A DNA stretch of 63,861 bases, counting the filler, from Klebsormidium nitens (taxonomy: Eukaryota > Plantae > Klebsormidiophyceae), in assembly GCA_000708835.1 (NCBI GenBank). It is 13 parts of 13 records of this genome, joined end to end, with 100 filler letters (N's around TTAATTAATTAA, not from the genome) between each part and the next. Parts side by side here need not be neighbours in the genome. Positions count along the whole stretch, not along the records: positions 55,822 to 59,610 come from DF237991.1; positions 59,711 to 62,515 come from DF238639.1; positions 62,616 to 63,861 come from DF237474.1; 10 more parts are not named here. The stretch is one strand, 5' to 3'. This document shows, in pieces, positions 56,406 through 63,861 of this stretch (positions within the stretch are counted from its first letter, which is position 1; every line of letters begins with the position of its first letter). Both the position numbers and the translations under genes were made by a program. The notes below the pieces were generated by a model that saw nothing but the letters and a program-made list of their open reading frames with translations, was not told where the DNA came from and did not search any database.

Positions 56406-56558
56406 CTATGCAATTCCTATCTCGCTCTTGCACTTCTTGAACTTCCCCGGAGCCAGCGCCTTGGTCATGATCTCCGCCTTTATGTCCTCCGTCCTGCAGC
56501 ACGCGAATGCGTCCTCCTTGCGTGCCAGATGGCGCGCATGGTCTCTCATGTCTATCGA
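56406..56558 (-). pseudogene. Copia RNase H C-terminal remnant
   Basis: IDMRDHARHLARKEDAFACCRTEDIKAEIMTKALAPGKFKKCKSEIGIA* followed by PPT and LTR. Confidence 0.8.
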
Positions 56559-57258
56559 GCCTACAAAGGTCCTCGCTACATACGTAACGCTCTAATGCAA
56601 CATAGTCTACAATCACACTATAATCGAAAGCTACATCACGTCGCCAAAGTTCCGGTGGGTCTAACAAACTCTATCGAATGCAAGTCGTCGTAGAATGTAA
56701 AGTTTGCGCTAATGTAACGCTACAGTGAGAAATACTAGCAACGCTTCATCTAAGAATGGGGACAACTATCGAGTTGAAATATCCTATCCTTCATGGATGG
56801 TGGTCAAACGAGATGACGCCATGTTGGCGCGCGCACAAATATGCTGGCAGAATATGAGCCGTCGACCCGTCATCGCACGGTCAGAATGCGATTGCTATTG
56901 AAGGAATCGCCAGATATGCTGAATCAGGTTGCTACCAGGGGTACGAGATGCCAATCGGGTCTAGTTGGCGGTGTTTGATGAACGTCGATCGCTAAATCGA
57001 ACGGCTGTAGGCCGATGCAAAGGCGGTTTGGTTTGTGTAGGGCAACCAAGGACCGCGTATGTCGTCATGCAATGTAGGCCGGAGCCTGTGCGCGCGCATG
57101 TGCGAAGCCCGGGCCCGAGAACGCATGCGGTGTTGCGACAGCCGTGGCGGGTAGAGCCACGCGCTAGCTAGCTATGCGGTGCACGGCGCGTGCGCAACAC
57201 GCTCGACATACAGCGCACTCGACATCAACGGGCGTGACACAAGGAGGAGCTAGACAAG

Positions 57259-59355
57259 GTGGAAGGGCTTCTTCCGACGTCGCAAGTGTTTGAGAAAAGG
57301 CATAGGCTTCTTGGAAAGCAAGATAGCGGGGCCTCGAGCTCGGCAACGGCGGTGGCCTACGCGGCTACGGGTGGCAACTTTGCCGGCAAGGGCAAGGGTG
57401 GCCCGGGGAAGGCTTCCATGGCCTGCCACAAGTGTGGTAAGCTGGGGCACTTTGAAAGAGAGGGCCGGGCCGGGTGTCGTGAATCGGAGAAGCCCAAGTC
57501 GGAAATTAATGCTACATATGCAGTAGCCCGGACCACTTCAAGAGGGAATGCCCAAAGAAAGGGGGAACTGGGGGCCGGCAAGGGGTTGCATTGGTAGCGG
57601 GGGAAGGGGCGGAGACCGGAAGCTGGATTGTTAACTGGGGGGCTAGCCAACACATGATGGGGGTCAAGAGCTCGTTCTCAACGTTGGAGATGCTTGAGCC
57701 GGGGAATTGCGCAATCAAGTTTGGAAACAAGGGTTCTTTAAAGTAGCCGGGGTGGGCACGGTGGAGTTGCGATGCGAGACGCCGGAAGGTGAGCAAGTCA
57801 ACCTTCTTCGTGAGGTTGCCTATGTTCCGGGTGTGGCGGAGAACCTCTTCTCCGTCAAGAAAGCCACCGCGGTAGGAGCCGAGGTTGTGTTCCGTGGGAA
57901 GGTGTGCGAGGTTTCCACAGATGTAGAGGTTGTACTTCGAGCGGAGGAGAATGCGGAGAGCATGTCTGTGGTTTGCCAACCAAAGCCCACGTGGGAGGAC
58001 ACGTGCTTGCTCGTGAGGGAAGCGGAGAGCCCGGTGTTGTGGCACCGCAGGTTGGGGCACGCCGGGTACAAAAGCCTAGCCAAGATGGTTGAGGGGAACT
58101 CGGTCCGGGGTGGTGGAGTCAAAGCGGAGGCATTCCGGAACAGAAAAACGTCGGTGTGTGAGCCTTGCATCATCGGAAAGCACACGGGCCGTGAGCCCCT
58201 CCCCAAGGAGTCGGACTCCAAGGATAGCAAGAACTCCTACAGGTCGTGCAAATGGACATGTGCGGGCCCATGCCGGTGACGTCAAAGGGGGGAAGTAGGT
58301 ACTTGGCCACTTTCCTTGACGACTATAGCAAGCTTTCGCTGGTGCAACCAATGAAGCGGAAGAGCGACGTCACGGCGGTCAAGAAGAGCGTGTACGCCCG
58401 CTTGGAGTTGCCATCGGGGAAGAAAGTCAAGGGGGTGCAAACGGACGGGGCGGGAAGTCCGTCAACGAAGGAATGACGGCCCTCCTAAAGAACAGAGGGA
58501 CGGTGCACCGCACCACGGTGGGGCATTCTCCCGAACAAAACGTTCCGGCGTAGCGGCTGAACCGGACGCTCGAGGAAAGAGCGCGGGCTTTGCTAGAGGA
58601 CGCTGGGTGGGGGCCGGAGTTGTGGGCGGAAGTGATGGTGACGGCCAACTACACTAGGCACCGGTTTCTGGATCGAGCGTGCACGGCAATACCCCGTATG
58701 AGTTGTTCCACGGGGAGAAGCCAAACCTTAGCCACTTGCGGGTGTTTGGGGAGCAGGCCACATCCACGTGCCCAAGGGCAACCGGAAGAAGATGAAGCCT
58801 GTGAGCGAGCAAGGGGTGTTCTTGAGGTACGAGCCCATCTCCAAATTCTACCGGGTTCTTTGAGAGCAAAACGGAAGGATTTTGACTTCCCGCGATGTCA
58901 TCGTGGATGAGCGCGGGCCGTCCGTGATCGTTGAGCTTGGCTCCCATGCGGGGAAGGAGGAGGGGGGTGCTCGCGGCCCTAGTTGTCTGAGCCCCCCGAC
59001 TCGGATGGGTGTAGGGGCTAATCCTACGGGGGAGGCCGCCACTCAGCCTGGTGTAGGGGCTACTCCTAAGAGGGGGGGGGGACACCGGGAGCGAGAATGC
59101 CGTTGAGGGAGACGGCGCTCAAGAGGAGATGACAGAAAGATACCCCGCACGCGAAAGGCGGGCGCCCGCGGAGTGGTACCAGCGAATCTAGCGGCGGAAA
59201 CGGGGAAGCATCCCAAGGGGTCAGGGGAGCATTCGGAGCCTAAATGTATCAAGAAGATCCTTTGGAGCGACAGAGCTTGTCGCCCGACATGCGATGCCGG
59301 GAGAGAGGGGAGGGGTGAGTCTCCAAGAAAATGTTTGCGAGTAACAGGGGCGTGA
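57259..59355 (+). mobile_element. Ty1/copia internal fragment (gag knuckle, protease, integrase); RT-RNase H apparently deleted; frameshifts and stops
   Basis: CHKCGKLGH (knuckle), WIVNWGASQHM (degenerate DSGAS), LWHRRLGH...CEPCIIGK, MDMCGPM, FLDDYSK, PEQN..A*RLNRTL, LWAEV..TANY, SHLRVFG. Confidence 0.9.
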
Positions 59356-59710
59356 AGCAAATATGTCCTTTGAGTCCACATCTGTTTGGCTTGTATATAG
59401 ACGGGCTAGAAAATCTTATCTGTAGTAGCGAAAAACTGTTCGAACTCGGTGATTCTGATCAGCCGAATTACTATGTTATTAGGGTTCGACCCGTGTAGGG
59501 TTTGGATTAGTAAGCGCCGGCGTCCGTGCACGGCGGTTAGACGATCAAAACCTGTTAGAAGTATTTGCGCACTGCCACTCGGGCCATACTGGCGCCAGTG
59601 TGGCCCGAGTNNNNNNNNNNNNNNNNNNNNNNNNNNNNNNNNNNNNNNNNNNNNTTAATTAATTAANNNNNNNNNNNNNNNNNNNNNNNNNNNNNNNNNN
59701 NNNNNNNNNN

Positions 59711-60129
59711 GGCCGTGACTCGGAACACTCCATATACATTGTGTGAACTTGATTGATTGAATATCACTTCCAACAACGCTGTGTTTCAACATGCGGCGAT
59801 AACCGGTAGTTGGAGGTTGGCGGTTAAATTCGCGCGGGTTACAGCTTTACAACCGAATGACTTATTGAAATAACCGCCGTAATGAGTAGGTTCGATAATA
59901 GCCGTAGAAATTCAGATTTGCGCGAAACTTTCGAACTTGCTTATCAGCTGTCAACTGAGCCTACTAGACTATCAGTGTAGATCTAGATTAGGAGTGTGAC
60001 TCTACTTGAGTGAGTCTAGCATAGCACTCTGAGTAGATTGCTTCAGCGCCGCTAGACTCCGAACACTCGATGTGTATTGTGTGAATTTGATCATTTATCA
60101 TTCATTCCCAACAACAACGTGTTTCAACG
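59711..60129 (+). repeat. Young copia LTR 3' end (59711-59791) abutting an older, 5'-truncated LTR of the same lineage (59792-60129)
   Basis: 59711-59791 differs from the reverse complement of 56041-56121 at only about four positions; 59792-60129 shares CCGAATGACTT, GTAGGTTCGATAAT and ...GTGTTTCAAC but is much more diverged. Confidence 0.8.
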
Positions 60130-60668
60130 GGCAGGCTTTTGGTGCTATAAAGGAATCAACGCTATGCATTCTACTTTCCATAGTACTTGCCGATCCTCTT
60201 CCTTAGATTGCTGCTTTAAATCAGAGTTTGCGTGGTTGAGAACGTTATAATCACCGCTCCTGCTTTGGTCGTGGAAGCTTCAAGCGGGCAAGAAAACGCG
60301 GTCTCTCATTATCTGCAGCCATGTTTGCAGCTCGACGTTTTGAAAACGCCCAAAATGAACAGACAAAAAAACCGAACGCTGCTTGACGTAATTACCATTG
60401 GCGACATGTGGATAACCAACAACGTCTTCCTGATGCAGACTACAATCTTTGGACTCTACAGCCACCGCTTCAATCTACCACATGAGTTCGAAAATTTACC
60501 CGACTCATTCTTTTCGTAGGAGACCACGGGCAGCTAGCTACCCGCAGTATGCTAATGCCGGCAAAGCCAACCGTCGAGGATCTCAAGGACGTTATCAGTC
60601 CATCGAGTCATATCAGCGCTTCGCCTCGATGGGCCCGCATGCTTTTCATCACATGACGGTTTCGACAC

Positions 60669-61016
60669 TGTTGAAACACAACGTTGTAGAAAGTGATATT
60701 GAATCAAGCAAGTGCATAGGACGTATATGGAGTGTTCCGAGTCACGGCTTATCTTTGGGTCTACACCACTAGCCTAGTAGGTTCAATGGAGCGTCACTAT
60801 GTAAGTCCGAAAATTTCGCTTTATACCGTACATCGACGGCTATCGAACCCACTTCTTATCGACGATTATCGTAATAAATCATTCGGGTATCACCGTCGAA
60901 ACCTTAATTCCAAATTACCGTCGAACGACCGTCGACGTTTCCAGCGCCCAATCTCCAATTTGCGATTCTAAACCACCAGTTTGGGTTCCATGCGCCTATG
61001 CTCCTAAATCTCAACA
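60669..61016 (-). repeat. Copia LTR, 348 bp, complete TG...CA, no target-site duplication detected
   Basis: TGTTGAGATTTAGG...GTGTTTCAACA; internal blocks shared with 56041-56386 (GAGTGTTCCGAGTCACGGC, GTAAGTCCGAAATTTC, CCGTACATCGACGG). Flanks GACAC / AATAT differ. Confidence 0.85.
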
Positions 61017-62099
61017 AATATTGAAAAGATTCGATCAAATGGCTTAACCTTCCTCAACATCATTCGTGCCAGCAGGCCGACCAAAGAAGATATCGTGGAC
61101 ACTAGAGTACCTCGGGCACTGTTTAATCACCGAGGCAATTGCGTGGCTCATACCTTCCACTGCTTCCCATGCACACACAATGTTGACCTTCTGCATCTAA
61201 ATGCTTACATGTTGCGAAAGAACTTCCTCACAACCACAATTGCTCACGTCCCTCCTACCACAAAAAGCGAATCCAACTTAAGGTATTTAGATTGGGTTGC
61301 GTATCTTGGCTTCCATCCCCTCACCCAAATTGCACAGTGGCGCCAGAGTGATCATCACTGACAACATTGATATGGAGAAAGGGGCTTCGAATGGCAGCAC
61401 CGGCCCAGTAAAAAGCTTCATTACCGCCTTTGGAAACTGAACGAAATCCTAACGACAATGAACAGATTGCGGCCGCGCAAGCCTGCGCCATAGTTGACGA
61501 CTCAATTTGGATTGCAAGGCACCAACTTATCAAAAGTCACTTTCCCTCTGGCCCATGGCTACGCTTTACTAGCCACGGCTGCTAAAGTGCCACGATTGCG
61601 AGTAACGTTGTTTTCTTTTCCGGCAAGGGGTTTTGCCACGGGCTTTTGTTGCCATGCTAAGCAGGGTCACAGAAAGCAGTTTGCAAACATTGCAATGCCC
61701 CACAAACCGGCAAAGTTTTGACCATCCTCATTCTCGGCATTTCAGCCTCTACTTTCTTACTGAAACGTTCGACTAATATGTGCCAACATGGGAAGATTGA
61801 AGGCAACGCCAAAGCCTGATTTAGCTCTCGTCGAGGAGATGCTGAACCAGGAGATAAGGGAAACGCCAAATTCCGGAAAGCAGGCCGATTTGTGTTGAAA
61901 GCAAGCGCCTTTCAAGTAAGCACAATTATTAGGAATGAGTGCACACAACGTAATATTGTTTAAGGTCATAGCTAGGCCTCGGAATTAGCTAGCCTACCAC
62001 GGGTTCCGACCGTACCTACTAATTCACGGCCAATATGAATTGACGTTACGATCCACGGTTCACCAAAATTGTTCCACTCTTAATAAGAGCACTTTAGCC

Positions 62100-62515
62100 C
62101 ACCTTGTACCAATTTCTTCAATCGATATTCCATCTAACGGATGACTCAATTTGGTACCACACACTCGAAATCCGGACACTTTCAATCTATACCATCGATA
62201 CTTCATCTAATAGTTACTTTGAAGTGGTCCAAACATTGAATCGAGCCAATTCAAGGCGGCAATGATTTGGATCACCTCGGAACACGCATCCTACCGTCAA
62301 TGTGGGCAATAAAACTCGACTTCTCATTCGCGAATCGTACCGTCGATAATTGAATGTCAAACCTGAATCGAACGGCTACGAACAAACATAGAATATTAGG
62401 GCGTACTAAGCCTACGTACTAAGCATAGTATTCCGCCTAAATCCCAGCACTCCCCCACGCTCATGTCCTACGCAATACCGTTGAAACACAGCGTTGTTGG
62501 AAGTGATATTCAATC
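62100..62515 (-). mobile_element. Copia 3' end (last pol codons GIA*, PPT, diverged LTR) with another LTR 3' end abutting it
   Basis: Minus strand: ...GTGTTTCAAC (62480) | GGT ATT GCG TAG (62479-62468), PPT GTGGGGGAG (62450-62458), LTR start TGCTGGGATTTAGG (62449). The far end of this LTR is not resolved. Confidence 0.65.
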
Positions 62516-62755
62516 NNNNNNNNNNNNNNNNNNNNNNNNNNNNNNNNNNNNNNNNNNNNTTAATTAATTAANNNNNNNNNNNNNNNNNNNNNNNNNNNNN
62601 NNNNNNNNNNNNNNNGGTAAAGGATATACGTGCAGGTTCACCTATCTTGATCGTGAAGGATGGTGTTAGTACACCCACAGTCTCGAAGTATCATATGCAA
62701 GTGCTGTATGGATCCGGTAATGACGGAACAGCTTTCAGCTGTAGTGCAGAATAGT

Positions 62756-63861
62756 CGTGTGATTATGCATTTTGTTGGGCAAGCCGCTGGAACAGAAGTT
62801 GACTTCCTGTTCGACAGTGGCGCCAGTGCTAACTACGTTTCTAAAGCGTTTGCAACGTTGCATGGCTGAGTAATTTCTCCTTCGAAGTCAAACGTAGAGC
62901 TAGGTACTGGTTCTGTTGTACAGCCCCATGGAGAGGGTACTCTCCACATCCGTCTGGACGATTATTGCGAGAAGGTCAAGTGCCTTGTCATTGATATGCT
63001 GTCCGATTTTCAGGTGATATTGGGAGATGATTGGCTTACCAAAGTTGGCGCCATCTTTGACTTCGGAACGGCTCGTTGTACAGTCAAGAAGCATAACAGG
63101 AAGTATACAATGAAGTCGGCGACCAGGGCACAGCGTTACTTGCGCGCGAAGTGTCGGCGAGCGGACCATACGCTATCCGCTATGCAGGTGAAACGCGCGC
63201 TCTGGCGACGTGAACATATTCTGGCAATCCAATTGGCTGAACTTAAGTTGGACATGGATTTACATGCAGGTGTGCGACTGAAGGCCCTTCTGGAAGATTT
63301 TGCGGACGTCTTTCCGCCGGAACTACCTTCTGGACTACCGCCCGCGCGCTGAGTGGGACACTCGATTCCGATCGAGCCAGGTGCGCCGCCTCCCTTTCGA
63401 CCAATGTACAGGTTGAGTCCCGTTGAACTTCGGGAAGTTAAAGCTAAGTTGGCTGCTTGAGAAGGGTTTGGTTGAGCCGAGCTCGTCTCCGTATGGTGCT
63501 CCTATTCTGTTTGTAGCAAAGAAGGATTTTTCTCGTCGAATGGTTCAGGATTATCGTTATCTTAACAAGATTACGATTAAGAACCATTATCCGCTACCCA
63601 AAATTGACGATCTTCTGGATAGTATTTCTGGGTCGAGATACTTTAGTTCTCTGGACTTGACGTCTGGATACTATCAGATTCGAATCACGGACCAAGACGT
63701 GCCTAAGACGGCTTTTCGTAATCCGTTCGGGTTATATCAATTCAAGGTGTTAACCTTCGGGTTAAGTAACACTCCTGCAACGTTTCAGGTGGTTATGAAC
63801 GATATGCTCAAGGATTTCGTGAATTTGTTGTCATATATCTAGATGATATTCTGATCCACAG
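62756..63861 (+). pseudogene. Ty3/gypsy pol fragment (protease and RT), chromovirus-like, with stops and frameshifts
   Basis: FLFDSGASANYV (protease), FQVILGDDWL, PPELPSGLPP, SSSPYGAPILFV, DYRYLNK, YPLPKIDDLLD, SSLDLTSGYYQIR, KTAF, LTFGLSNTPATFQ, YLDDIL. Confidence 0.92.

Noticed and set aside
56567-57250. Possible further LTR starting TGTTAGACCC (minus, 56666) between the two copia fragments
   Set aside because: No partner end, PBS, PPT or TSD could be identified.
61316-61326. Purine tract GGGTGAGGGGA (minus) as the PPT of a 647-bp LTR
   Set aside because: The LTR has a clear TGTTGAG start at 61016 and is 348 bp, matching the 346-bp copy.
62468-62479. GGTATTGCG next to an LTR end, resembling the gypsy PBS at 36528-36539
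   Set aside because: It reads GGT ATT GCG TAG (GIA-stop), matching the copia pol end at 56406-56417, and is followed by a PPT and LTR start.
33939-62515. Recurrent 36-bp TGTTGAAACACAGCGTTGTTGGAAGTGATATTCAAT as a CRISPR repeat
   Set aside because: No regular spacer array and no cas genes; it is the 3' end of a 346-bp copia LTR.
3125-62615. TTAATTAATTAA repeated 12 times at irregular spacing, and ORFs ending in X...LIN or X...N
   Set aside because: Artificial six-frame-stop linkers flanked by fixed N runs; ORFs running into them are artefacts.
1-63861. rRNA or tRNA genes
   Set aside because: No conserved rRNA blocks or cloverleaf with T-loop GTTCGA context that I could support by eye; tRNAscan-SE and Infernal would be needed to exclude them.

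Overview
The window is not one locus. It is 13 short eukaryotic contigs joined by 12 identical 100-bp linkers (N44-TTAATTAATTAA-N44, stops in all six frames), so nothing can be inferred from adjacency across linkers. The content is mostly mobile DNA. It includes a Ty3/gypsy integrase ending in a PHD finger and split by a 748-bp MITE, and a DIRS-type tyrosine-recombinase retrotransposon with signs of spliced expression. An 8.8-kb intronless contig looks like giant-virus DNA and encodes a C5 cytosine methyltransferase with an embedded methyl-CpG-binding domain, penton- and fibre-like proteins, a PARG-type macrodomain and Sel1 repeats. There is also a decayed Helitron, three more gypsy fragments (one carrying a DNMT between protease and RT, one with a -1 frameshift signal), and nested Ty1/copia elements and LTRs. 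Host-type genes are a six-exon plant-type phosphoglycerate mutase, a trihelix (Myb/SANT-like) protein and a probable Crinkler-like gene. The host is inferred, not shown, to be a Klebsormidium-like streptophyte alga. The best candidate for an undescribed system is the MBD-containing C5 methyltransferase (9861-10946, minus) in the virus-like contig; the second is the possibly spliced DIRS polyprotein. No rRNA, tRNA or CRISPR array could be supported. All family assignments are from motif recognition by eye, without database searches.
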